A stretch of DNA of 59,373 nt from positions 62,001 through 121,373 of IMG/VR virus record IMGVR_UViG_3300032030_000025; one strand, 5' to 3'. This stretch comes from an uncultured virus (IMG/VR IMGVR_UViG_3300032030_000025). Lineage: Duplodnaviria > Heunggongvirae > Uroviricota > Caudoviricetes. The translations under genes and the position numbers were made by a program. Positions 49,901 to 59,373 of the stretch are shown one piece after another; position 1 is the stretch's first letter; every line of letters starts with the position of its first letter. The notes under the pieces are model-generated. The model saw only the letters and a list, made by a program, of their open reading frames with translations. It searched no databases and was not told the DNA's origin.

Positions 49901-50081
49901 ACAAGATGTGTTTGACTATGTATATATACCAATAAACATTGAATATGACTTGGAAAAAGACAAGTACATATATTATTTATCAGAAGATGTTGCCACATTT
50001 GACGAAGACAACAATCTAATATTTAATCTGTTTGAAATCAAAATGAAAGATGAGAGTAATTCACAAGAAAATAACCCTTGA
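46956..50081 (+). CDS. Structural protein (baseplate/tail cluster)
   Basis: 1041 aa; LSNSFIRLMFYDTK; overlapping start and stop. Confidence 0.6.
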   Translation: MLRFNITSKKESKEKEIHVDDMIFSEDLQIVTCIAEDDGTLMEQDKIKLYSTKYDEWKEIDIKVSRFTAIGEFFADTVYEVLSDSNSECKYVKFHDNRYYYNNESSSEYISIDGVEHHIQTKDDGSLYIVVTEKYLITSDKVKLYDGTECDIYIERIKTDEGDTDYSGSFVEVHYKQDTILSGESLVVYGYPKTFVRFTFMNERDEYLSVERAACADVIQYVLYDDKEYNVQDKRDGSDERFVYIGDGLSGTVLPYSYQYDEEKGKFTYKVAESDLYLDTYSSGITPMVKINDAENTFLQLHGKYTEADIGEEVFIYLSDTNVNLDSTERIIAKTVSRQPRYLILTEHTELYNGEPTTFNSIAHNGKFYNKKSVDEKGRPFYYVTVGDSEYEFHFLNGENEGYINYEDKVMFLNISNSIDNVVSEYRNSMPQQDDSRIRVEFANQTQEGVSGGTYGLERLNVICNNIEEKKYGIITYYDNNKPTFAYVPYEYLLTRKLYNGGDGDQIIISNPVYGIKRYDVIDVEGTRYRVYSEPHVYGSEEVMDDRPYEYILFDQQEFYELKIQSIIGNNTILCKPIVWSYNEDDMDNMGEYRAMFRTICYDIATNYDSFVFYIENNFSPYQERLDFSRYYSFNEDQPMHLSNLHFLHNCEYISIPLFASQDEYPNLMQEDNVHKYFTETETAKAINGIVDMDKDVYYPYHIKGNTRSEVNGIYFNLHFRTRTLDTWTVKEDYTSINGDNSDGTILPSFNEANTNWFCFDYYSGDTAYNGYSDEGRTKKQSYGEFDIDKKPSEAWKHSDLLYFLHFTNNDVYYQKKKLSNSFIRLMFYDTKTPSNQSLLYQATIWYDSSKAYKKYIDNSEINDYFDFDNNTVKLGIGVGCEPYDAATSAFTYDDSIRLDSQFYVKNRYRMNDSAEGFYLHLFKDLLDGVCSRTIYMKVVFNHAGEGKSCLFMLPHAKDGDKTVPWYYSSENVENLKKGVSLQDVFDYVYIPINIEYDLEKDKYIYYLSEDVATFDEDNNLIFNLFEIKMKDESNSQENNP

Positions 50082-52869
50082 GCAATTCAAGGCTAGAACA
50101 CCAGCACTGATAGACTCTTTTGACGAGAACGGTGCATGCATTGACCTTACAAGGGACGATTCAGAAAGGGACAACTTGATTTCTTGCTATCCTATGGGAG
50201 ACTACGCAATGATTCCTTGTGACATCATTCTTGACAGTACGCTAGTTGATGATAGCCAGATTGACCTTGCATTGGTTAAGTCTGTCAGTGGGACTGGTGA
50301 AACAATATCAACATACGAGGATGTTAGATATGATGATAGCGGTTGTGAAGATATTGGATTCAAATATTATGCATTGTCTTATGGGACAGCCATTAAAATG
50401 TATCATTTCTTCTTGGAATACAACAAATTGCTTAAAAGCCAAAATGTATGTAACGGAGAAGTTTGCAATCAGATTGTATCATCAGCAACAAGATATTGGG
50501 AAATCTATGTGATGGAAGAATCTGAACGAGAGAAATATGAGGAAATGGACGAAGAATTCAAAAGGTATGGCGGTGTTGTTAATGTTGTTGATAAAAGTAC
50601 TTCAGATGGTATTGATTATCAAGCCATTGAAATAGGAGGAATGGATGAGTTCTTGGTTAAAAAAGTGTTCAACACATTTGAGATACCTACAGAATACACG
50701 ACAGTTTGGAAGACAGATAAATTGTATTTTGTCGAGGCAATGAAATGGTACGAATGGTTCAAGGACAGATATGCGATGTATAGCGGTATTACAGAAGAAG
50801 AATGCAAGCAAGAAACTGTGTGCGGTGAAGTACCTACAATCGACTGCATTGACTGCAAGGATTATTTCAAGAGAGGTGGAAACGACATGTACTTGATTCT
50901 CAAGGATTATATGGACTCGTTTGAGAACATATATTGCTCGTCTGCTACGACATCGTTCAGTTTGCCGTTGTATATACAGAACTCAATAGAAGACATTGGC
51001 GAGTTTACTGTTATGTCAAGTGATTGGGAAGGTGGTATTGAATACAAGTCAGATGTGTGCCGTGGAGTTGTCTATAGCGGAATGTGTGAAGGCGAAAGCG
51101 GTAGAACAAGTGGCAGTACTACAGTAGTATATGATTCAGATACGTGGATAAGAAACTGTACTGAACCAAGGAGTTATAAATGGGACAGCATTTGCAAGAG
51201 GTATAGTTTCAATTATGATGCTTGGACAAGGTATTCTGTAGCTCATAGCGGTGATACTGAAATGTCAGATGAGTTGTCATACAAGGCATATGCATACAAT
51301 GTTGATGATATTGTCTTTGTGTTCAATACAAAAGAGGATGCTTCATCGGACGAAGCTGCCACAGAATTGGCAAAGAAAGTCGAGGTTATTGGCAGCAGTA
51401 ACGGATATATACTTTACAAGTCAAATATCTGTCCAATTGAGGAACACAAATACATTGTATATCCAGAAGGTTCAGATAACAATATTTTGGTTCAAACGCA
51501 CAATGGAAAGGAATTTGTTATATATAAGGGAAGAAAATATTGGGGTGAGACAAGTGGTAACACACTGTATTTCAACATAACAAAGATTCCTTGTATAAGA
51601 GAAGGAAAGAATATTTCAGCAACTACTGGTCAATTTGTTAATATAAACGGAAATTATATAAAAGGAAATGGTGATGGTCAATTTACCATAAAGAATTATG
51701 TATATGATGCATTTGATTCCTATTTTGTTTATAAAAACAATACCTATTATTTATCTGGCGATACGCTTATAAGGCCATTCCCTAAATATGTCGATTATGC
51801 AGCCCAAATGACAAATATAGACACATCATTGGGTGAAAAGGTAACAGAGGCAGACAATAATACGAAGGGATATAAATATGATGCTTTGTCAAAAACAGTC
51901 ATAATATATACCCCATACGAAATATATGAATTTGGTGTCATAAGCGGTAGAACTTCTTCAAGACTTTCATTGTTGAAGAGAAATGACACTTTCTGTGATG
52001 ATGTTGGACACGAGATAGAAGGATATTTTGAGGTGACTTCAGCAAGTACACATCCGCAACCAGTTGAAAATTCAACATTGGATATACCATACAAGGTTGG
52101 TTCTGTATCAAGGATGACAGAACTTGTTGGTTCTGAAGTAGATACAATAGGATATTGGGGGGATTACCTTAAGGAGATTGAGTTTTACATAGCAAACGCT
52201 AATGGAGAACCTATTACAATGTATTATTCTGCGACAACATTCAATGGAAACAATTTGGATGCAATAGAAGCTGCAATACGTCAGAGGTGTGAAGATTTGG
52301 ATTCTGATACAATGCAACCGTCAGACTTGTTGATGGCGCGGTTCACATATTATGTGGGTGCAATCCTTGACTACAATGAGAATAGCGAGGAATATATGCT
52401 GTTTTCCGAAAGCAAAGGCATTCAGACTGAAACATTGAATGGTGTAAAATACGTTGATATTTGCAGACTTTACAAGAAGCCTACGCAATACAGCATACAC
52501 GATGATATTGCATACAACATCTACTATTATGACATTGTTGGAGATATTGAGAAGATAAGGTATTCGACTGAAATTATTGAGCTTCCAATGTCTGATTTCA
52601 AGGTAGTAATAAATACAGAAAATAAACCAGATTGGATTAGTGGTGATGATGTGATTTCATTTTCGAGATTCAATGGGCTTGATTATTCCCCAATATTTAG
52701 GGAAGAGTATAAGTTTGGCTCATCATCATTGGAAAAGGTAACTGATAATATTTATATTGAAAGGGCTATAATAAAGCCGCATGAGCACAACCTTATGCTG
52801 TTGGATATACACACTATGGATGCCCTTGAAAAATACGGTAATGGTAAAATAAACATAATAAACAACTAA
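50050..52869 (+). CDS. Structural protein (baseplate/tail cluster)
   Basis: 939 aa; C-terminal NIYIERA...EHNLMLLDI.TMDALEKYGNG. Confidence 0.6.
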   Translation: MRVIHKKITLEQFKARTPALIDSFDENGACIDLTRDDSERDNLISCYPMGDYAMIPCDIILDSTLVDDSQIDLALVKSVSGTGETISTYEDVRYDDSGCEDIGFKYYALSYGTAIKMYHFFLEYNKLLKSQNVCNGEVCNQIVSSATRYWEIYVMEESEREKYEEMDEEFKRYGGVVNVVDKSTSDGIDYQAIEIGGMDEFLVKKVFNTFEIPTEYTTVWKTDKLYFVEAMKWYEWFKDRYAMYSGITEEECKQETVCGEVPTIDCIDCKDYFKRGGNDMYLILKDYMDSFENIYCSSATTSFSLPLYIQNSIEDIGEFTVMSSDWEGGIEYKSDVCRGVVYSGMCEGESGRTSGSTTVVYDSDTWIRNCTEPRSYKWDSICKRYSFNYDAWTRYSVAHSGDTEMSDELSYKAYAYNVDDIVFVFNTKEDASSDEAATELAKKVEVIGSSNGYILYKSNICPIEEHKYIVYPEGSDNNILVQTHNGKEFVIYKGRKYWGETSGNTLYFNITKIPCIREGKNISATTGQFVNINGNYIKGNGDGQFTIKNYVYDAFDSYFVYKNNTYYLSGDTLIRPFPKYVDYAAQMTNIDTSLGEKVTEADNNTKGYKYDALSKTVIIYTPYEIYEFGVISGRTSSRLSLLKRNDTFCDDVGHEIEGYFEVTSASTHPQPVENSTLDIPYKVGSVSRMTELVGSEVDTIGYWGDYLKEIEFYIANANGEPITMYYSATTFNGNNLDAIEAAIRQRCEDLDSDTMQPSDLLMARFTYYVGAILDYNENSEEYMLFSESKGIQTETLNGVKYVDICRLYKKPTQYSIHDDIAYNIYYYDIVGDIEKIRYSTEIIELPMSDFKVVINTENKPDWISGDDVISFSRFNGLDYSPIFREEYKFGSSSLEKVTDNIYIERAIIKPHEHNLMLLDIHTMDALEKYGNGKINIINN

Positions 52870-52870
52870 T

Positions 52871-53773
52871 ATGAGTAATGGAACATATGGTACTAGAATA
52901 CCTAGTACAATAAACATAGACGATATTGAAATATACTTTTCATATCGCCCCAACCTATCTGAAACGGATTCAAACAATCTTGTATTCAAGAAACTGAATT
53001 CTAACATACTTGTTGCAGCAAAAAGAACTACAGAGAATAAGGAGCAAGACAGCGTTCTTGAGGGAATGTACAACTTGCACTTGCCTATGAGTGAATTCAG
53101 CAGAAAAGGGTTCTATACTGTGTATATAAAGCCACGAGAGATAAGGGCAGTCATTGCTGACGTTGGAGTATTGTCAAGTTATCCAGATGTTAGAGGCATT
53201 GTGATAGACACAACAAAGTTACAAGCCATTGATAGGTACAAGTTCTCAACCAACAATAATCTTGTCGGTTATAGGATTGTATATATCAATGCAAGCGATG
53301 GTGGTAGGGATGATTATTATAGGATAATCACAAGCAACAACAGATGTGAGCCACTTACAACAAACTTGACCAACTCAAACCAGAAGATAGTCTCATACAG
53401 ATATAACGACAGTTCGACACTTACGTTCATTACTGTCACACCTTCTGTGGCTCCATCATTCAAGGCAAATGCAATACCATTCATAGGAAACGTAAGCCAA
53501 GAGGTGTTGTTCATAAACACAAAGTTTGAGCCAGTTATGATTGAGATTGAAATGGTTGACCACGATGCAGATACAATTTCCAATATGTTGGAAGGAAGCC
53601 AATTGAGAGACCTTGACAACGGTCTTGTCACAACATACAACAATAACAACGAGATATATCATCAGTCTGAACATTACACTCTTAAGGATGAGTATACTTC
53701 AGTACCATTGTTCGAGGTTAAGAAGAACAAGAATAATGACATAGACTTTACACAAACTATTAACGACAAGTAA
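52871..53773 (+). CDS. Structural protein
   Basis: 300 aa; GTYGTRIP, GMYNLHLP, GFYTVYIKP; operon context. Confidence 0.6.
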   Translation: MSNGTYGTRIPSTINIDDIEIYFSYRPNLSETDSNNLVFKKLNSNILVAAKRTTENKEQDSVLEGMYNLHLPMSEFSRKGFYTVYIKPREIRAVIADVGVLSSYPDVRGIVIDTTKLQAIDRYKFSTNNNLVGYRIVYINASDGGRDDYYRIITSNNRCEPLTTNLTNSNQKIVSYRYNDSSTLTFITVTPSVAPSFKANAIPFIGNVSQEVLFINTKFEPVMIEIEMVDHDADTISNMLEGSQLRDLDNGLVTTYNNNNEIYHQSEHYTLKDEYTSVPLFEVKKNKNNDIDFTQTINDK

Positions 53774-53774
53774 T

Positions 53775-56700
53775 ATGGCATACATTAAGTCACATAGCAA
53801 TTATGTTTTAAAGAAGAAGCATCAGAGGACAGATGACGGTGTGATTTATGAAAGGGACTATACCACAATAGGCGGTATAGACAATTTTGCTGCAAGGCAA
53901 GTGCCTAAATACAAAAGTGGCAACTTCATAATCACCATCAACGATGAAAACGTGCAATACAAGTCCAATGCACTAAAGAACTGGGCTGAAAACGAGCACG
54001 GCACTACTTGGACTTATTCTGACGTGCAGGATGCTTCTGCCGAAACCGAATACACAGAAGACAAGATTGTTCTAAAAAACGATTACTACAAGCTGTCAGA
54101 CTTTGCTTATTACGGTTCGTGCGCTGAATTGGTGAGAGGTTCCGTGAACGGAATCCTAAGTACTTTTCCTGGAGAATTGTATGTTACAGACTCCACTATG
54201 GCATCATTGAACTTTTATATTGATGGGGATACAGAAAAGAGATATAATGATGCATTGTTGGTTGACAACCCATTCAATATAGACATATATACCGAATGGA
54301 TTACTGATGACAATGACGAGAAGCAGTTGAAGTATCTTGCCGCTAACGAGCATTGGGTTAACTATGAGATACTTGACAAGGATGAAGAGGTCGTTGCTTC
54401 TGCATTTACTGTCAATGTTATCAAATATGATACAGTATGCAACAAGGATGAGATAGAATATGCAAAACGAAACAATTTGCCAATTCCTCCACAAAAGTAC
54501 AAGAACGGTTCAATGATTTATGGTGTAAACTTCAGTGGCGAAGGTATGCAATCGTTTGCAATCATATGTGTGAAATACAATCAAAATTTGATTTATTTTA
54601 CACCAGATGTAAGCGCAAAAGGCTATCATATCAGACCAAAGAAAAGCTTTATTGACAAGTTCTTTAATTCATTGGACAGTTTTCAATCTGTTATATTGAA
54701 CCCAAAATCAGACCCTAAATATACGGTTTATTTTGAAATAATGTCAGAAGGCGAATATGGATATGATACAAGTGTTCAATCGTTTACATTCCCAACCACA
54801 TATGGAGGTTACAATATCGGTTCAGATGAGGCTGGTATTAATTCATACATCAGCAGATTTGTAAGCATTTCAGAATTCTATGATACTCATTTTTCTGATA
54901 ATCTTTATAGAATGCTTACACACGATTCAATAAAGAACTTTGACTGGTCATATACAAAAGGAGGAAACGAGAATTCAGAATACACTGAAAACGGTGAGAA
55001 GTTGGCACAAGTAATCAGACTATTCGGAAGAGAGTTCGATGAAATCAAATTCTACATTGACGGTATAACACATTATAATCAAATCACATATAACGACAAA
55101 AATAATATTCCAGATTATTTTTTAAGTGATGAATTGGCTACAGAGGGATTTGATGTCAAATCCATATACCCACTAACTTTGAACGAATTCATAACTGGTT
55201 GTACGGAAGAAGATGGTGATTTCAAGTATTATAGGGGATTGGATGAAAGCGGTCTTTGCTTTACAAGTGATTTTGAAAACATTACTGCACAAGCAATAAA
55301 CGAAAATGAGAATATTGTAATCGGAAATAATGGTGCAATATATAAGTTGAATAGGATTTTCAATCAAGACCTCAAGACTCAAATTAAGCCATACACAAAT
55401 GAAAGACTTAAATATAAGTTTGGTTATTTCAACATATGTGATGGTCGTACTAGTGGAACAATTGATGATTGCGATGGTAAATATGCGAAGGAAGCTATTA
55501 CAGAGGTAAACAAGAATAAGAAGACAAAGTTGATTCGAGTTGGTGATACTGTTTTGAAAAAGAAACTTCTTGTCAACAAGAGAATCAAGAAATATAGCTC
55601 TGAAAAGGAATATTCATATAAGGATATTAACCGAATGTTTCTAAAGAGATTAAAGCTTAATTCAAGGCATATACTTAGGCACAAAGGAACAATTCAAGGA
55701 GTTGAGATGATGTTCGGTATGTTCGGTCTTGTAAGCAAGAACTTTGTTAACAAATACGCAGAATTGTATACAGAATCAGCCTTCACTGAAAGCTTCCCTT
55801 TAAGTGTCAATGATTGGGATTATGACATCAAGGAATATACTACAGTCACAAATCCTATACTTGACCCATATTGGTGCTGCAAGGGTATGCCAAGAATAGA
55901 TTGGTATAATTCCACAAAGACTATACAGTACAATACAGTAGACTTCAAGAACGGAATCTATCACAGCTATCAAGGTCTACCAATCAAACATAGGGACATT
56001 TACGTGGCTATAGAGAAAACTGATGACGGTTATGTGATAAGTGGAGATTCTATTTATGATGCAATTATTGATAAAGACATTAAGGAGGTAATAAGCTACA
56101 ACAAGGACACATTCGAATTGGTATATATGAAGAATGACTTTTCAAGTGAAACAACTCTTGCCTACAAGTATCATAACATTTATCCTTACTTCAACGGAGA
56201 AGACAGATATGATGGAAATCCATATTACCAGATGAATGGCGGTTGGTTATGCAATTCACCATATTCATTTGACAACAACAATAACATAATGTCCAAGGAA
56301 GACTCTTGCGTTTTTACAGAAACAGTAGATACACTTAAGATTGTTGAAAACATAAAGCAACTTGTTGATTTACCAGTTAACGAACTGATGAATGGAGAAA
56401 TATACAAGGTAAATAATTTGGATGGCGAATATCTTCTTGTTGATGGTTATCTGTATACAGTATACAAGGATTTCAAGAATAATAGATATATAAATATTAT
56501 AGTTGCAAACAATTCAGTAACAATAGGCTATCATACATTTTCTGAAAAAATTTATGTTTCTAATGTATATGGAAATTGCAATTTGAACAATGATGATGAT
56601 TACTCAACTGAAGGTAATGAGGAAATAAGGATGTATGACATATCTTTGCTTGACAATGGAGATAGTATAAGGATATACTTGAATTGGGACAATGGCTTTG

Positions 56701-57572
56701 ATGGTATTGTTGCACAAGATGATTATGAGTTTGACAAGTCTAACATCAAGATTAGTAGTGCTGAAACACGGTTTGTAAATGATGGTGTTTTTTCAGAAAA
56801 CATTTCAGGAACACCTACCAATTACTTCAAGATTATTGACCGAATAGAAAAGCAGACATTCCTTGACAATGGTTGGGTTCAGTTATCTGAAAGCAGTGAG
56901 GATTATATTAAGGCAAACAGTGTAAGGAATTATTTCAACGGCAACAATCCTCATACTGGTCATTTCAATTATGATGGAGGGTTCTCTTATATGAACTATT
57001 TTGCAAAGCTGTTCAACGCTTCTTATGACGCAAATCTATTTGATGAGAGAAAATATGAAGGTAATTTCGAGCAAGAGTATGAATATATCGGTGAAATTGG
57101 TTTCAAGAACTTGATAACACCGCCAGTTTGTGATAAGATATATCCATTGTATGAAGATACAAAGATTCATTTCTTTGGCGATTGGTTCGACATTAGTGGT
57201 GATACGGAAACGGAACACCATTTTGATAGAAGAGACGCTGAATCTTGGTACGACTACAATTACTATGCAGAACAAATTAATAAATTAAACACAGCATACA
57301 CAGCTTGTACTATTGAGGATGATTCTGTAGAGGATGACGAAAGGTATGTATGCATAGGTATACAACCAGATGGTGAAACGTCACAGATTGTCAACACGAA
57401 GGTGGTGGAGATTACAATAAACATCTTGGGTGGCAATTGCGAAGGTGATTTATATTCCAAGGATGCTATGGAGGAAATAAAGTATTATCAAGATGTGGTT
57501 ATGCCGTATGTTGCACAAATGATACCTTCAACGGCAATCGTGAAGGTAACATATAAGTTGAAACAAAACTAA
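53775..57572 (+). CDS. Baseplate wedge protein, gp7 / P2 gpI-like
   Basis: FAYYGS, GREFDEIKFYIDGI, NIPD, HILRHKGTIQGVEMMFGMFG (KGT motif), QMIPSTAI. Confidence 0.6.
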   Translation: MAYIKSHSNYVLKKKHQRTDDGVIYERDYTTIGGIDNFAARQVPKYKSGNFIITINDENVQYKSNALKNWAENEHGTTWTYSDVQDASAETEYTEDKIVLKNDYYKLSDFAYYGSCAELVRGSVNGILSTFPGELYVTDSTMASLNFYIDGDTEKRYNDALLVDNPFNIDIYTEWITDDNDEKQLKYLAANEHWVNYEILDKDEEVVASAFTVNVIKYDTVCNKDEIEYAKRNNLPIPPQKYKNGSMIYGVNFSGEGMQSFAIICVKYNQNLIYFTPDVSAKGYHIRPKKSFIDKFFNSLDSFQSVILNPKSDPKYTVYFEIMSEGEYGYDTSVQSFTFPTTYGGYNIGSDEAGINSYISRFVSISEFYDTHFSDNLYRMLTHDSIKNFDWSYTKGGNENSEYTENGEKLAQVIRLFGREFDEIKFYIDGITHYNQITYNDKNNIPDYFLSDELATEGFDVKSIYPLTLNEFITGCTEEDGDFKYYRGLDESGLCFTSDFENITAQAINENENIVIGNNGAIYKLNRIFNQDLKTQIKPYTNERLKYKFGYFNICDGRTSGTIDDCDGKYAKEAITEVNKNKKTKLIRVGDTVLKKKLLVNKRIKKYSSEKEYSYKDINRMFLKRLKLNSRHILRHKGTIQGVEMMFGMFGLVSKNFVNKYAELYTESAFTESFPLSVNDWDYDIKEYTTVTNPILDPYWCCKGMPRIDWYNSTKTIQYNTVDFKNGIYHSYQGLPIKHRDIYVAIEKTDDGYVISGDSIYDAIIDKDIKEVISYNKDTFELVYMKNDFSSETTLAYKYHNIYPYFNGEDRYDGNPYYQMNGGWLCNSPYSFDNNNNIMSKEDSCVFTETVDTLKIVENIKQLVDLPVNELMNGEIYKVNNLDGEYLLVDGYLYTVYKDFKNNRYINIIVANNSVTIGYHTFSEKIYVSNVYGNCNLNNDDDYSTEGNEEIRMYDISLLDNGDSIRIYLNWDNGFDGIVAQDDYEFDKSNIKISSAETRFVNDGVFSENISGTPTNYFKIIDRIEKQTFLDNGWVQLSESSEDYIKANSVRNYFNGNNPHTGHFNYDGGFSYMNYFAKLFNASYDANLFDERKYEGNFEQEYEYIGEIGFKNLITPPVCDKIYPLYEDTKIHFFGDWFDISGDTETEHHFDRRDAESWYDYNYYAEQINKLNTAYTACTIEDDSVEDDERYVCIGIQPDGETSQIVNTKVVEITINILGGNCEGDLYSKDAMEEIKYYQDVVMPYVAQMIPSTAIVKVTYKLKQN

Positions 57573-57603
57573 AAAACCTATACAAAACGTATAGGTTTTT
57601 TTT
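57571..57603. terminator. Bidirectional intrinsic terminator
   Basis: AAAAAACCTATAC-AAAAC-GTATAGGTTTTTT between convergent genes. Confidence 0.85.
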
Positions 57604-57608
57604 ATATT

Positions 57609-58433
57609 TTAATAGTTAATTAGTTTTTCTGCATTGTTATCAATATCAGATAATTGTGATATTTCGTAGTTATAGTATCCATATGCAGAAGGTAATTCAA
57701 CGAATTCGTGTGTCTTGTTTTCCATATCCCAAACAACGAATCCGTGTTGTGTGACTGTTTCACCGTAGTTCTGTTGTATCAGTGAGCCTGGATATACTAT
57801 CTCAACGTCACCTCTCTTGATGACTTGATATTTGTGAATATCACCAGCCATTACTATATCACATCCTTCGAACAGTTCACCGTCCATACCGCTATCTGCC
57901 ACATATCCGTTGAATAGTTGCGCTCCCTTGACCGTTCCGTGGTAAAGACCTACAATTGTATTTGTTGGGCATTCCATTATTGCCGAATCAATATCTGGTC
58001 TGCTGAATCTGTCGTGGATTGAAAATAAAGCCCAAGTGATTCCATCATCAACGATACAAGCGCTTTTATAGTCTGTTGCCATATCGAAATAGAATACGTT
58101 ATCGAACATTGCTGTCTCGAAAATACCAGTCAATGTGTCTGTTCGACTCTTGTTGTTGACAAGCAAGTCGTGGTTCCCACTGTAAATCAATACTTGGCAT
58201 ATATCTGACAATTGCCTCAAGAAGGCGCTTGAGAATACAATAAGCTCATTTGATATGTCGTTCTTCTGATGAACCAAGTCACCACATATGAGTATTCTGA
58301 CTTCATCCTTATTGTATTTTGAAGTCAGTTCCTTGCACTTATTTATCAGTTTGTCAAACTGTTCGGCATATTCATCGTGTCTATGCAAATTGTGTATGTG
58401 TACATCTGCTATTTGTATAACCAATTTAATCAT
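57609..58433 (-). CDS. Metallophosphoesterase, Mre11/SbcD/gp47-like recombination nuclease subunit
   Basis: ADVH, GDLVH, GNHD, LYHG, GDIH, YPGSLIQQNYGE. Confidence 0.85.
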   Translation of the reverse strand: MIKLVIQIADVHIHNLHRHDEYAEQFDKLINKCKELTSKYNKDEVRILICGDLVHQKNDISNELIVFSSAFLRQLSDICQVLIYSGNHDLLVNNKSRTDTLTGIFETAMFDNVFYFDMATDYKSACIVDDGITWALFSIHDRFSRPDIDSAIMECPTNTIVGLYHGTVKGAQLFNGYVADSGMDGELFEGCDIVMAGDIHKYQVIKRGDVEIVYPGSLIQQNYGETVTQHGFVVWDMENKTHEFVELPSAYGYYNYEISQLSDIDNNAEKLINY

Positions 58434-58452
58434 ATAAAAAACGTTACTATAG

Positions 58453-58483
58453 CAAATATACTAAAAAAAATGTTAAAATCAAA
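58453..58483 (-). promoter_or_regulatory. Bacteroidetes-type sigma70 promoter
   Basis: Minus strand TTTG(58483-58480)-N19-TATATTTG(58460-58453), exact consensus match. Confidence 0.65.
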
Positions 58484-58485
58484 AC

Positions 58486-58492
58486 TATTTAT
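58486..58492 (+). promoter_or_regulatory. TATTTAT putative late promoter
   Basis: ACTATTTAT 18 nt before ATG 58511. Confidence 0.5.
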
Positions 58493-58510
58493 TGATATAT
58501 TTGTGAAAAA

Positions 58511-59373
58511 ATGAAACAATATAAACATATTTTATTAGAGGTACTGAATCAATATTTGTCAAGAAACTTGTTATTGACAGAAGACCAAGAGCGTACAATC
58601 AGAAACAAGATTGCACGAGGTGTGGCAGCTATCACAAACATGGATGCCACAAGCCAAGAAGTGCAGTCTATGACTGACGATATTTGGAACACATATGTCA
58701 AGCACCCTATTGAAGGAGAGAAGCGTCAGAATGACGAGGTTTGGGCAATCAACACCGTTATCAACCGATTGATTCCATATGCCGTTAGGAAAGATGAAGA
58801 TGGCAATTTCTTTGTTAATAAAAGCATTAGGGTAAAGAACGCCTTTGAGAACCTTATACAAGCCCAAAGAAAGGAACAAAAATCAAAGAAACAGTTGTGG
58901 GGAGATAAGGAAAGTTTGCATTATTGGAATGTAAATAAAAAGTACAATGATGCCATTGAAGCCTCAAAGGAATATAAAGAGGGTAAGTATCATTATACAG
59001 TATATAAAGTTGAAGGCTATCATACGCCAATTAAAGGATTGGGAATGACTGTTACTGAACTTGGCAAATATACTGGTGGGCGAGGCGCTGTACCATTATG
59101 CTATACTCAATCACAAAGTACATATAACGGTTATACTAAAAACAACACATACGATATGTACGCTTTACTACGTGATGGATGGCAAGATGAACCTTGTGAG
59201 CTAGATGAGACTACTTATCCATTGGATAGTTATGGACTGTCAATAATATTTGTTATTGTAAACCCAAATAATGGTAAAATTGAGTTCAACAATGTTAGAT
59301 GGAATCATGGACCAGAACGTTATAATAGAAGTGTTGATAATATTTTCTCATGCAATGAATTGAGAGATATTGT
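58511..59373 (+). CDS. Hypothetical protein, 3'-truncated by window edge (absent from ORF track)
   Basis: Open frame to window end: MKQYKHILLEVLNQYLSRNLLLTE...LCYTQSQSTYNGY...YPLDSYGLSIIFVIV...VRWNHG. Confidence 0.8.
   Translation, partial: MKQYKHILLEVLNQYLSRNLLLTEDQERTIRNKIARGVAAITNMDATSQEVQSMTDDIWNTYVKHPIEGEKRQNDEVWAINTVINRLIPYAVRKDEDGNFFVNKSIRVKNAFENLIQAQRKEQKSKKQLWGDKESLHYWNVNKKYNDAIEASKEYKEGKYHYTVYKVEGYHTPIKGLGMTVTELGKYTGGRGAVPLCYTQSQSTYNGYTKNNTYDMYALLRDGWQDEPCELDETTYPLDSYGLSIIFVIVNPNNGKIEFNNVRWNHGPERYNRSVDNIFSCNELRDI

Noticed and set aside
364..58879. Numerous 60-170-aa antisense ORFs within long genes
   Set aside because: Fully nested opposite well-supported genes, no recognisable motifs, expected from codon bias
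1..59373. Stop-codon reassignment (TAG or TGA) as in some gut megaphages
   Set aside because: Genes up to 2298 aa are intact in the standard code, and TAG/TGA end genes directly before the next start (e.g. 16665, 33929, 23645)

Overview
AT-rich, densely coding segment of a large contractile-tailed (myovirus-type, probably jumbo) phage read in the standard genetic code. Bacteroidetes-type sigma70 promoters (TTTG-N19-TAnnTTTG) and AT-rich leaders without Shine-Dalgarno sites suggest a Bacteroidota host; the class III reductase suggests an anaerobe. Gene order: tail/baseplate module (hub or chaperone pair, tape measure, tube-fold protein, gp53-like, 2298-aa hub with two lysin domains; 1-16 kb), small conserved genes with a GGNDPM-repeat protein, replication/recombination block (gp32-like SSB, thymidine kinase, RecA/UvsX, 5'-3' exonuclease, DnaB, nrdD-nrdG split by a free-standing endonuclease; 18.8-34.4 kb), baseplate wedge and large structural genes (34.6-57.6 kb), an Mre11/SbcD-like nuclease and a partial ORF. 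Most notable: (i) counter-oriented cassettes (two LRR proteins sharing a 34-aa N-terminal module, plus an ADP-ribosyltransferase-like gene), each with a TATTTAT motif exactly 21 nt before the ATG, plus apparent empty slots and a repeated hairpin; (ii) a likely -2/+1 programmed frameshift before the tape measure gene; (iii) an endonuclease fused to a Mom-like GNAT domain between nrdD and nrdG. All family calls come from motif recognition by eye; no searches were run.
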